From contig NC_087252.1 in assembly GCF_037042905.1 (NCBI RefSeq), positions 1,862,001 through 1,926,000 on the forward strand: 64,000 nucleotides of DNA, read 5' to 3'. Made by a program: the position numbers and the translations under genes. Position 1 is the stretch's first letter; each line of letters begins with the position of its first letter. Shown here in pieces: positions 1 through 11,460 of the stretch. The notes below the pieces were generated by a model. The model had not been told where the DNA came from. It saw only the letters and a program-made list of their open reading frames with translations, and ran no database searches. This DNA is from Lytechinus pictus. Taxonomy: Eukaryota.

Positions 1-1392
1 CAAATAATTTATTTGAAAGACACTTGTCTAAAACATTTCTGGACTGATAATAATTTACAATCCTCTTCTTAAATTATGAGGACATCATAATATAGAGACT
101 ATGACTTGTATTCAGATCTCTGGTTAAGTTAATCCACTATTAAGTAACCATTAACGTTCAAATTCAATTTACACATTTTTTTAAAGACACTAAAGAAATG
201 TTTCTGGACGGAACAATATACACTCGTCTGCATAAAACTCAGGACATCATTATGTTGAGAAGATATGGCTTGTATTCAGATCTCTGGTTTAAATTAATCC
301 AAGATTCAATGATAATACAGTCATGTCATTCTATTTCATAAGTTAAAATCAATTTACAAATATATTAGTTGAAAGACAATATACATGGTGATACTGATCA
401 ACAACCAATCAAGGATTCCAGACAAGTTTTTGTTTTTTAAATGGTAACTTTGCCATCCAATGGTAACACTGAATACCGACAAATGAAAGTCAAGGATTTC
501 ATACAAGTTACCATTGGATGGCGAAGTTATGTAAATGTTACCATAATGGTAAATTCGCCATCCAATGGTAATACTGATCAACAAGCAATTAAAATCAAGG
601 ATGCCATACAAGTTACCATTGGATGACAAAGTTCCCATGATGGTAAATTCGCCATCCAATAGTAATACTGATCACCAAGCAATCAAGGATGCCATACAAG
701 TTACCATTGATGACAAAGTTACCATGATGGTAACATTTGTGCAACAAGACCCTGGACGGAAACAATTTACAATTCTCTTCATAAGACATAAATAATGAGT
801 AGAGGCTACATGTATATTGCCTGTCTTCACATCTCTGGTTTACGTTCATCCATGCTCTCTTAATTCTGTAGTTTGAATCTAATAGATTGTCATCTAGGAC
901 CACAAGTTGGATCAGAAGTTAGATCAGAAATTGGATCAAAAGTTTCAATTGAATAAAATTGAATTCTAAATTTACATTCGATAAATTAAATCAAACTTTG
1001 GATTGGTCCCTTATTGCAATCTTTTTCAATCTAAGGAATTTAGAGAGTGGTCTTGACCTTGATAATGGGTTTAACCAGTGATAGCTAATGTGGTGCAAAA
1101 CAAAATGCATCTATGTTCAATTCATCAGCACATTTGACACTTAAAAAATTATTATAAATCTTCTTGATATCATCCTTTTCACAAACATATCAAATATTAA
1201 AGGAAAGATTCAAGTAAGCAAAAGGAACACAACATATATTAAAGCAAATCTTCGTCATTTACTTTGGCTATCATTTGTTTAAAGCACAAACTTGAAACAT
1301 GATCAAAGTCAAACCAGAGTTCAGAATTCCTCTATCTTGGAATGAAAAACAAAAATGAAAGACACAGGATTATAATGCTACTCTAAGCCCAG

Positions 1393-1657
1393 TAATAATA
1401 ATATGCAATATTTACATAGCACTTAATACAAATGTTTGCATACATGTACTATTACCCCGGCTTAAGCACGGCTACCCTGATTGGGAGCTCGAGCATTCAA
1501 GGAATACCTTCTTACCAGGTTTAACAATTTACTACATCTGGGTGAAGAGTGGCAAACATAAACGCCTGGCCAAAGGATGCGAGTACTGTGGTGGGATTTG
1601 AACCCAGCACATGGGGTTCAAAGTCTGGAGACTTACCCACTGAGCCACAACACCTCT
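1393..1657 (-). mobile_element. tRNA-derived SINE
   Basis: Minus-strand head with box A (GTGGCTCAGTGG) and box B (GGTTCAAATCC), central GCCACTCTTCACCCAG core, and (ATT)n tail. Confidence 0.75.
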
Positions 1658-2637
1658 ACGTAACAAAGTAAATCTCTTGACTGACCATAAACAAACCATG
1701 GATAGGATCCAAGGCATAAACATGTATTTTTTGGAAGACATTATCCACAATTGATTCAACATGAAATCATGGGCGTCCACACAGAGGATTATCCTTTGCT
1801 TATGGGGGGGGGGGGAGGGGGAACAGCTATTGTTGCCATCCGCCCATCCCCCAAACACAAAAGATAATCCTCTGTGTTCACTGCCATGCATGAAATCAAG
1901 CTTTCATTATAAACATGAACACATGTGCATACTTTTTTTTTGGCATTTAAAGAAGAAAGATGGAGAGGGGGGGGGGGCACATCCTGTGTCCCCCCTTTAC
2001 ACACTCGCTTTTCAAAAATCCAACAACCATTAAATTGCGTTGTAATAATACAGAGTCACATAAATATAACAATGGAATGATTTTCAAACCCAATCAAACT
2101 TTTGGCATAACAAAGAACAAATATCTTTATAACTAATTTTATCTCCTCTAAAGGAAAGCTACTAGAAAATAGTGAATTGAAAAAAGCCTGCTGGAATTCA
2201 ATATCAGAGCACTGAAGTATTCGTGCAGTTTAATGAATTTTAAAGCTTACTTGTTGAATTGCCTTATAATTGTATTGAAGATAAACCGTGTAGATTGCAA
2301 CCTATTCAATCAAATTTGTGCATAATAATAGATCATCATTTTGGTCGAATCCATGCTGTGTACTATCGGACATTTATGCATTTTGCATCTTTTTGACACA
2401 AAAATAATAATTTTCTTGATTGATGGTGATTTCTCAAGGAGTACCAGAAGGGGGACATGAACCAAGATTTAACTTGACACATCCTTTACAATTGAAATAA
2501 AAATAAGTGAAAAACAAAAAACCTTGGAATTTTCCTTTTGTTCATGCATCTTCTAAGTCAGGTTCAATAGAGTACCGAAGTGTGACGTCAGTTGCCATGG
2601 TGTCATGGCGGGCTGGTTCTAAACAGAGTCGCACCTG

Positions 2638-2910
2638 GGCCCCGTCTTACAAAGAGTTGCGATTGATCCAATCAATCATAACTCTACGGAAATCCATCAG
2701 TGCCATAATTTTTTTCTACAGGAAACTTGCAAATGCCCTTTGTAAACAAAGGAGAACACACCAAATTGTCAAGAAATCAATGACTTTATGGATACATTCA
2801 TATGTAGAAAATCTTTTGAACAAAAAGGTATGCATTTTATAAGTTGACTTTGCTGGCCTTCCATAGTTGCGATTGATCGGATTAATCGCAACTCTTTGTA
2901 AGACGGGTCC
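2638..2910. mobile_element. MITE with CTG TSD (PIF/Harbinger-group-like); second copy at 10144-10398
   Basis: TIR GGCCCCGTCTTACAAAGAGTTGCGATT / AATCGCAACTCTTTGTAAGACGGGTCC, flanked by CTG on both sides. Confidence 0.85.
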
Positions 2911-3277
2911 CTGATGATCGTCTGTACACATTTTGACTAGTCTGAAAAATAGGTTGCAAGCTATCATTCGGCCATCATTTCGGTACTCTATTGTGTTGAA
3001 GATATCTGCAGAGTGCAGATACAGTTTATAATACAATAAAACACCCTTTATCTGAGCAAGTAGCTGTCAGTTGTGTAACTGAAAATTAGCACTTCAGTAT
3101 TAGTGAATCATGATATTGATAATTTCTTTCATTACTTTGTGGTGATGAAAGTGGCAGACAATATGAAGAACAGTAATGGAACAGGCTAGCAGCAGCTCGC
3201 AGCCAGAATGCTGTGATGCCCCTTGTTTGTTTTAAAACATGCCGTTAAAAACATGCCAACTCTAAAATTCAGACAAT

Positions 3278-3583
3278 GGCCCGTATTCTGAAGTGAGGTT
3301 TAACTTAAACTCAGGTTTAAAGTTGTGGTTTAAGTATGGGAAGCCAAAAGTATCCAATTTTTTTAAGTTGTACGTTTCTTATGTTTACTATGCTCTTTCC
3401 TGATTCATCGATGGTGACAATTATCTATTTATTCTTCCTAGACAATTATAAATGATTTGAGAGTCAAATGAGCTGAAATATGATATCTCTACCATTAGTG
3501 ATTTATGTAAAAATTGGCTATCCATACTTAAACCACAACCATAAACCTGAGTTTGAGTTAATCCTGCTATCAGAATACGGGCC
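3278..3583. mobile_element. MITE with 3-bp AWT TSD; second copy at 32536-32830
   Basis: TIR GGCCCGTATTCTGA. TSD is AAT here and ATT at the second copy; internal sequences are homologous. Confidence 0.88.
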
Positions 3584-4189
3584 AATATGTTCATGGCAAG
3601 GTTGGAACAAGCAGAAGAGGAGGATGGATGAGGATGAGGGAACGGACGAGGAAGAGGAACAGCAGGAAGCTGAGAACCAGGAGGAAGAGGTGATGGTGTT
3701 AGAAGCACCAGAGGTAGTTGTTGAGGGAGGATGGTGGAGGAGATTTTTGCCTTGGTAGCTGTAGATGATGATGGTATTCTGTCAGACATTTTATTTTCTA
3801 TTACCCTTGTGAGCAACACATGTTTCTGGAGAATTACTTTATTACCGGTACGTATTTTGTGACTCTATTATACATGTATAAACATGCCACCATTTGTTTG
3901 GAGCGAATGGAGAAAAGGGAGCAGACGAGGAGGGAACGGATAAGGAGGAAGGAGCACAAGAAGTAGTGCCTGTACCGAATTCTCCACAGATGGTCGTGTG
4001 AAGAAGTTTCTGGAGGCGAATCTGGCCATGGAATAATTTAGTTTTTTTTCTTCATATATTCTTTTTGTTTTGCCCGTGTGAGCATCACATGTTTCTGGAG
4101 AATTATTTCATTCCTTTTGTTTGCCACTATATTATATAAACATGCCACCATTTTTGTAATTGTCAAGAAGTACATGTATGCCTATTTCA

Positions 4190-4937
4190 GATGCTATTCT
4201 CAAAGGGTGGCTAACTTAGCCCATGCTAACTTAGCCCACTGGGCTAACTATCCCCCACTGAGCATTTCACAAAGCGTGGGCTAATTAGCCCACCGGGCTA
4301 AATATTTCGCACAATATTTCGCACACCCGGCTAAATCATGAACTGAAGCTAGCAAACTATTATCAACATCATAAAACTGTACTGAGCATGCTCAGTACAG
4401 TGTTGATGGTTGCAGTGCAGTGTGCAGTACTCACATAGCAGCAAAATGGAGGGTAAAGCTAGATGTGCCAACTGGCAATCGTCCGAGATCAACTACCTCC
4501 TCGTACTCGACCACGACAATGCTGCAATATTCCCTACTAAATGTACAGACCTTCACACTAACAGGAAAAGAACAGCAGCATGGCATGGGAGGCAGTTAGA
4601 GCCAGTTTCGAGCAGAAGTTTTGGCAAAAGTACACTCTGCCACAAATAAAGGAGAAGTGGAAGAAGATGCGGGTCACCGCAAAAAAAAAAAGAGTATGGC
4701 GAGTGGAGGAGGAGCACTAAAAAAACTGGGGGTGGGCCTCCTCCACATCTGAGCGAATCAACCAAAATGATTCAAGAGATTGTGCCCGCGGATTTCATCC
4801 AAAGAGTGAACCCGTACGATGATGACTTTGGATCCAATAATCAAGCAATATTAAAGTGCTTTGGATTTTTTGGCGAGAGGGAGTAGAGTTGAGGCCGAGG
4901 GTGACGACGAAATTGACGAAGTTGAACTTACTTTCAA
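4190..4937 (+). pseudogene. Harbinger-type element relic with frameshifted Myb/SANT-like DNA-binding ORF (4446-~4830)
   Basis: KARCANWQSSEINYLL...TNRKRTAAW...QIKEKWKKMR..AKK...KKTGGGPPP is the Myb_DNA-bind_5 pattern of Harbinger accessory proteins. GGCTAACTTAGCCC subterminal palindromes lie at 4208-4300. Confidence 0.7.
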
Positions 4938-6845
4938 GTGAGTAAAAACTCAACAACAAAAAATAATTACATTCAAAATTTCATTTCCAAAATAGGATTT
5001 AATTTTTAGAGAAGACATTTCCTTTCACCTGACTCTTGTTGTAGAGTACAAATAGTACTACTTGCGCTAGATATTTATTGTGTAACTTAAATTTGATCTT
5101 AGTAGGCCTAGAGGTCTAACGACAAATGGCCTAACGTTAGGGGTCTGATGTGTTGCTCTTTACCAGAACAGTGCCTTAGTCTCTCCTACTTGCCCCGGGC
5201 AAGTGCTTATGTAGCACCCTGCTGAATGTTTCATGTAAAAAAAATTGTGAATAGGAAGTTATTTGCAATTTTGTTTTCAATTTGTGCACTTTGCCTTTAG
5301 TCCCAATTAAGGTCACAGATTTTTGTGTATAAAAACAAAGGAATTCTTGTATGATTGTTTCAAAATTGTCTGATAAAAATTTATTAGCTCTAGTTGGGCA
5401 ATTCATCAAACTTATTTTATTTTTTAACTTGATACATGTACATGTACACTGTAATAGTTCATAGTCAAGTCATGGATAGTGACTCAAGTGCTACAGACAA
5501 TAAGTATTCTGTTGCTGAATTTGATAACAATGGGGCGGTGAAGGTGGCCGTAGTGCCACAAGAATGGATTCAATACCAAGATGGGGCTCCATTTTGCTTA
5601 TGGCCACCAGAGCAAGACCCGCTCAAACTAGACAATTTAGTGATGCATGGGCACAATCCTGAGAATACTTGAGCTCGAATGGACATCAAAGATTTGTTAT
5701 ATCAGACAGGTGAGTTCAAATTAGTAGTCAACAAGCCAGAGAATATGCTGCAGCCAGCACTCGGTGCAGTGAACTCTCAGGCCAGGGTAGGAGGTGCAAA
5801 TATAACACCAGACACTTCCCCAAATCAAAATGTCAATTCAACTCTGCTTTCACAATACAGATAATAGTACTTCAAGGCCCAGCATCCAGACCAGAGTATG
5901 GCACAGCCTATAATATCTGCCCTCAGACTGGAGACCATATCAAGAGCAGTGCAGGAGGGGAAACAAAACTTTGAAGTCGTCGTCTGAATGATGTAGAGTA
6001 AGTTGTGTTCCAATGAAGTCAGGGAATATGGTGCTATAAGCAGGTGATGTACCGGCGTTACAGGAGGTCGACATTTTTGATATTCGTGGATGTTTTCCTT
6101 GGGGCAGATGCAGGAGAGTTGAGCCACCCCCTAAAACTTGTATTTTCAGTCAAGAGCTCAATTCACATAAGCCCTCTGCTGATAGTTCTTAATATAACTG
6201 TCATTTAAACCTAAGTACAGCAGATGTCACAGGTCACACCAAAGTCACCAAGGTCACTGGACACACGAAACTTAAAAAAGCGGCAAAAAGTGAAATCCGA
6301 ATTTCAGGAATTAAAAGACCCTTTTTCTATTTCTCATTTAGCAGAGGGTTTTCCTGCAGATTTTTATGTGTAAGCTAGTTCATACATGTATATTGTTCTT
6401 TAATTTTCATAAATTTGGAAAATGTATGATTTGTAGTTAGTTATTTTTGTGAAAATTTAAAAATGGCCGCCTAAAGGAGTGTTGAGGTGAGCCATTCAAC
6501 ATGAGGAGAGATAAGCCATGGCTCAACTCTCCTGTTGTGGATGGCTCAACTCTCCTTGTATTGAATCTAACTGGCTACATCAATTACAAGTTTTAAGATG
6601 AGCTACGTAATTATCCATGCTCGAGGTGTCTTTGATAAGTTCTAAAAGTAAAGGCAGCCCTGAAAATTTATTTCAAAATTGTTATTTACTATAAAGAGTG
6701 AAAATCTGAAGTTGACCGGATTTAACAGCCCATTCATTTCCTCCCATTGTTGACTATGTGTGGATCTAGGCTATTTTTACTCATCTATCATCTATTATGC
6801 TGCAGATATTGTGCATTATTCTTCTCTTCCCATACAGAGAGAAAA

Positions 6846-7943
6846 TGGAAAGTGTAGAGGGAGAGGAAGTCCTGTTACCACCGGGGGTGGAGATGAAAGA
6901 CATTGAGGTAGAAGCTGGTTCGGCTCCAGAGGAGGCCCTCATTGAACCAACAAAAATTAAAAACACGCAGCAGGACTCAGAGACGCATTTCGAGGATTCA
7001 CCTCTTGCACTGGCAGAGGCGGATGCTCAGGAGAGGAAGCTCTCCGAGGTCGAGCTTGCTCAAAAGAAGCACGAATCAAAGAAGCGCAGAAAAGGGTGGG
7101 AAGCGTGCCAAGCAGGCTTAAAGAGCTTGCACAAGGCCCGCTTCCCGTGTCAAATGCTGGACCCTCGACCAGTGGAGGCCTTACGGTTGGTCGTGACCAT
7201 GGGCTAATGCCCACTTGGCCTAAACCACCCCATCCAGTGGAGTGTTCCTCCATTGGGAGAGAGCGGGGAATAACCCCACAATGCTAGAATTTTTATGGGA
7301 GAGCCCACAGCCACTGCGAGCCTTTGATTCCCACTTCCATCCTGATCGAATCAACTCAAAAGGGCAAAAACAGAACTTCAGGGACAACCCCGGCACCAGG
7401 ACGAGGTGGTCAGAGGAGTATGGAACTTTTGTGGTGGTGGGCATCCACCCAAAGCAGGCCTTTGGCCTTAAGCGCTATAGCCTCGAAGCGTTGTGATCGG
7501 CTCTTGCCGTCCAGAGTCAGAGGCCTGTCGGAGGTGGGTCTTGATTGGTCCACGGATGTCTCCGAGTGGGGGGCAGAGGAGCAGCTTTTTGAGGAGCTCA
7601 TGGGGCTCTCCACTGGAAGAGTCTTGGTACTCCACCCTTGGAGGGGGGGAGGGTGGGGCAATGGCTCTTGTCCTGGCAATGAGCCGATCCCCCGCGCAAT
7701 ACATAAACTGGAGCGCGACGCTATTCGTTGACAGTGTCCGGCCGCTCTGCGTATCCATTTACACTGCTTTACGGACGTCAGTATTTGCGCACGCATACTT
7801 TGGAGTTACAGGCAACACTTAATACTACGGAATCTTTTATTAGCTACGTTGGGCAGGTGGTGGCGTCTATCCGAGAAGGTCCTCTTACACAAATGCTCGA
7901 TCAGACGATGATCAACGCCAGGGAGCTGTATTGCCTCAAATAA
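6846..7943 (+). pseudogene. TatD-family DNase-like gene with acidic N-terminal extension, frameshifted
   Basis: TatD motifs occur in order across frames: AFDSHFHPDR, VGIHPK, GLSEVGLD, RVLVLH, RIHLHCF, YFGVTG, and C-terminal VVASIRE...DQTMINARELY. A candidate acceptor precedes 6838. Confidence 0.8.
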
Positions 7944-8629
7944 AGGGGCAATTCTACTCCCTCGCACCTGTCTCTGCCTTTTACCTTGTAAAGCCATTAT
8001 TTTATATGCTTTTATATTAAATTAGAATGTCATACAAAAGTTGTATTTACATGCTTTATATTATATACCTTACACTATATGCTTTGTATAGTAATGTAAT
8101 ACAAATGTGATGAAACCAGAAAAATATGGATGCCTATGATTTACATCAAAATTAATATTGAAAGCATTCCTATTGTATATATATTAGTAATGTAATTCAG
8201 TTTGTTGAAATTGTAAAATTAGATAACATTTTTTATGCATATATGTAGATGTATATATTCATTTTTCTGTGATGTATTGATGTATATGTTTTATGAACAA
8301 AGAAGAAAGAGTCAGAAAAAAATAATAAAAAGATTACAGAGGAAGAAAAGAAAGAGGTCACCAAAGAAGAAAATAAAAAGATTACAGAGGGGAAAAAAAG
8401 ATCAAAGAAGAAATAAATCAAGGAGAAAAGAAAAACGAAGAAGAGAAAGAAAAACAAGAAAAAAAGATCAAAGAATAAGAAAAAAAGAAAAAGATATGGT
8501 CAAGATAATAAAAAGAGAAAAAACAATGAAATGAAATTTTATGTTTAGTGTACACTTTATATTAAGTTATGTTCATTAATGGGAAATTTACTTTATGGGA
8601 AGTAGAAAACAGGTCACCCAAAGTCTTTT

Positions 8630-8882
8630 AGGGTGGGCGGAAGTATGGTGTTAGGGCCCACGCTTAGTTACGAGTAGTTTGCAGACAACAGAGTTAGCAG
8701 AGGACGGATTATAGTACAGTACGGAGTCACATGACCCTCCGGCGGGAAGGGTACATCCGAACGCCGGCGATGCACACAGAACTACACAACACACACTCTC
8801 CACACAACCCCAGGCCGGAACGGACATATTCGGTGCATGCAAGTGAGTGCAGTGTCTGGAGACAGTACAGTGAGAAGTGACA
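8630..8882 (+). mobile_element. Putative polypurine tract plus 3' LTR (8649-8882) of an LTR retrotransposon
   Basis: Purine tract AGGGTGGGCGGAAGTATGG is followed by TGTTAGGG...GAAGTGACA (TG..CA, imperfect terminal IR, 234 bp). No second LTR is visible, and the TGACA overlaps an adjacent MITE fragment. Confidence 0.5.
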
Positions 8883-10912
8883 AGGTAGGACAATTTCCCC
8901 ATAGGTTAAATTGATTGTATGCTTGTATGATTCCTTAAATATAACCCAGGTACACTGTTGTATTGTTTTATGTCCTCATGAAAGAAAAATATAATTTGAA
9001 GTAAAACTTTTGAAAAACAGACAATTTAGCCAATTTATGTATTGGAGTATGTTCATGGAAGGGAAATCCTTCCTTTATGACATCACATATGCGGCCAATC
9101 ACCTTTCAGCTTGTCTGATTTTCTTTTTTCCTCCAAAGTTTTTGTTGGGCTGGAATCCCTTTAATTTGGATAATATGATGATCCCATTCTTTTTATACCA
9201 AATTATATACATTGTACATGTAGGCACTACAACCCTCTTATAAAAGTCTTTAACCAAACATTTTTGTAGGATGATGTAACAAAGATTAAAATGCTTGATA
9301 CATGTATGTAAACAATTATTGTTTAAAAGTTTGCTGTACACTGAGTAGAGGGCATTCTTTCCCCCTCCCCCTTTCTCTTCCCTCTTTCTTTCTCCCTATC
9401 TCTCCTTTTCTTTTTCTCTCCCGCTATCACTTCCTTCCTTTCCTACTCTTTGTTAACTTTTCAATGTTCTAGTATGCTGGTGTGATTGTGTGTGTATGAG
9501 GCATTTTTTTTTTTTATCTGCTTTACACTTTGAAAGTCTAAGATCTGTTTTGGTTTGTCAATTATTGTACAGGGCCCCATCCTCGCAAGCTATGCTTTTC
9601 TTGGGGCCCTTCCAATTTCTATTCATGAATTTTGTATGTATTTATTTTGATTGAGTTTTTAATAGAAAATAAATGAACTGATCAAATATAGGTATTTTCT
9701 AATTGTTTTTAATAATGCAGAAAAAACAGGCTAATCAGCAAGTAGAATCTAGGAATAAGGAGATAAGCTGTATAATGGATAAATTGGTGGCCAATATAAA
9801 ATCCTCTCGTCAATGTCCAAGCCCAAGCAGCAACAAGTGGCACCAAAGCTACCCAACAGGCAGCTGAACTGGAGGCTCTGAAGATTAAGTTAAAGTAAAA
9901 AACCAAGGAGAATGTTGAGCTCCGTGAAAAAGTCAACAAGTAAACAGAATTAAGCACAAGGCTCCAGACTGAGATCCTTGATGTATTTGGTAAGGCTTTC
10001 ATTTTTGAAGCTTTTTCACTTTTAAGGGATTTTTTCACTTTGTTCTGACTTATATATTAGAGATGTAAAACAAAGTTTGAAAATGGATGAGGATTGGTGT
10101 CAATAACTACAGTAAAGAGCGAATCTAGAACACATGGAGATCAGGCCTCGTTTTACAAAGAGCTACGACTGATCCAATCAGTCCTAACTCTATGGAAATC
10201 AGTTTCATAATTTTTTGTACAGGAAATTTGCACGATGTCTTTTGTAAACAAAGAAGCACAGCAAATTTTCAAGAAAACATTGAATGCATGAATATACATC
10301 ATATATGGAAAATATTTTGAACAAACATGCATAATGTTGACGTTGATGGCCGTCCATAGTTGCGATTGATCAATTGTAACTCTTTGTAAGACAGGGCCCT
10401 GGTGAACCCATCATGACAACATGCCCTGAATGTACAGTGTAATGTTGTGCATAGGAGTTAACAGAAGACAGTGAACACAGCCAACAGACTGAATTCTAAA
10501 TAACTTGGAATACTGGTGTAAAGCTAAATGCATCTCAGCGATGTCTACCAAAAGTCACGCTGACAAATCGCTATTAGTGTATAATTCATAGTTTTCATTG
10601 TATATTATGGTGTGTTTCAGATGTACAGCATGCATCATCAAGTATGAGATTCTTATTGTCACTGAATATCTTCCATTTTCCATCAATAAATGGCGCAGTA
10701 ACAAAGTGGCAAATAGTCTGGAGTTGTCGCCCCTTTTCTTCCTCTTCTAGCAAAAATCAATCAAGGATGTTGGATTTCAGTCCATCTACCTCCACGCCCA
10801 TCCTACATGTAACTCCTTCAGCAGACTCGGCTGCCCCTTCAGCAGACTTGGCTGCCCCGGCTTCAACTACCCCTACCCCGGCTTTGATCCAGGAACACAT
10901 GGCAGAGCCAAA

Positions 10913-11460
10913 GAGAATCTCTACGTTCCAATAGATGGAAAAGTAAGTTTAAAAGGACCATCTTTTCATCCGAAGAGAATCTCTACATTCCAATAGATGG
11001 AAAAGTAAGTTTAAAAGGACCATCCCTTCATCCGAAGAGAATCTCTACATTCCAATAGATGGAAAAGTAAGTTTAAAGGGTCCATCCCTTCATCCGAAGA
11101 GAATCTCTACATTCCAATAGATGGAAAAGTAAATTTAAAAGGACCATCCCTTCATCCGAAGAGAATCTCTACATTCCAATAGATGGAAAAGTAAGTTTAA
11201 AGGGTCCATCCCTTCATCCGAAGAGAATCTCTACATTCCAATAGATGGAAAAGTAAGTTTAAAAGGACCATCCCTTCATCCGAAGAGAATCTCTACATTC
11301 CAATAGATGGAAAAGTAAGTTTAAAGGGTCCATCCCTTCATCCGAAGAGAATCTCTACATTCCAATAGATGGAAAAGTAAGTTTAAAAGGACCATCCCTT
11401 CATCCGAAGAGAATCTCTACATTCCAATAGATGGAAAAGTAAGTTTAAAAGGACCATCCC
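10913..11460 (+). repeat. 62-bp tandem repeat, ~9 near-identical copies
   Basis: Unit GAGAATCTCTACATTCCAATAGATGGAAAAGTAAGTTTAAAAGGACCATCCCTTCATCCGAA starts at 10913, 10975, 11037 and so on. Confidence 0.95.

Noticed and set aside
1585..1657. Functional tRNA gene (also 62878-62945)
   Set aside because: Degenerate cloverleaf that continues into a SINE body and tail.
3590..4160. Acidic ORF fragments with a ~270-bp-period duplication
   Set aside because: No recognisable domain, and the listed ORF begins inside a MITE; cannot be assigned.
6846..7943. Bacterial contamination or a functional host TATDN gene
   Set aside because: It has multiple frameshifts and stops, a eukaryotic-style acceptor, and is embedded among animal repeats.
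8235..8534. Lys/Arg-rich ORF (and Phe-rich ORFs at 8233-8457 and 48454-48809)
   Set aside because: Products of low-complexity purine or pyrimidine tracts with no domain signal.
10913..11460. CRISPR-like array
   Set aside because: Units are contiguous and near-identical with no unique spacers, there are no cas genes, and the context is eukaryotic.
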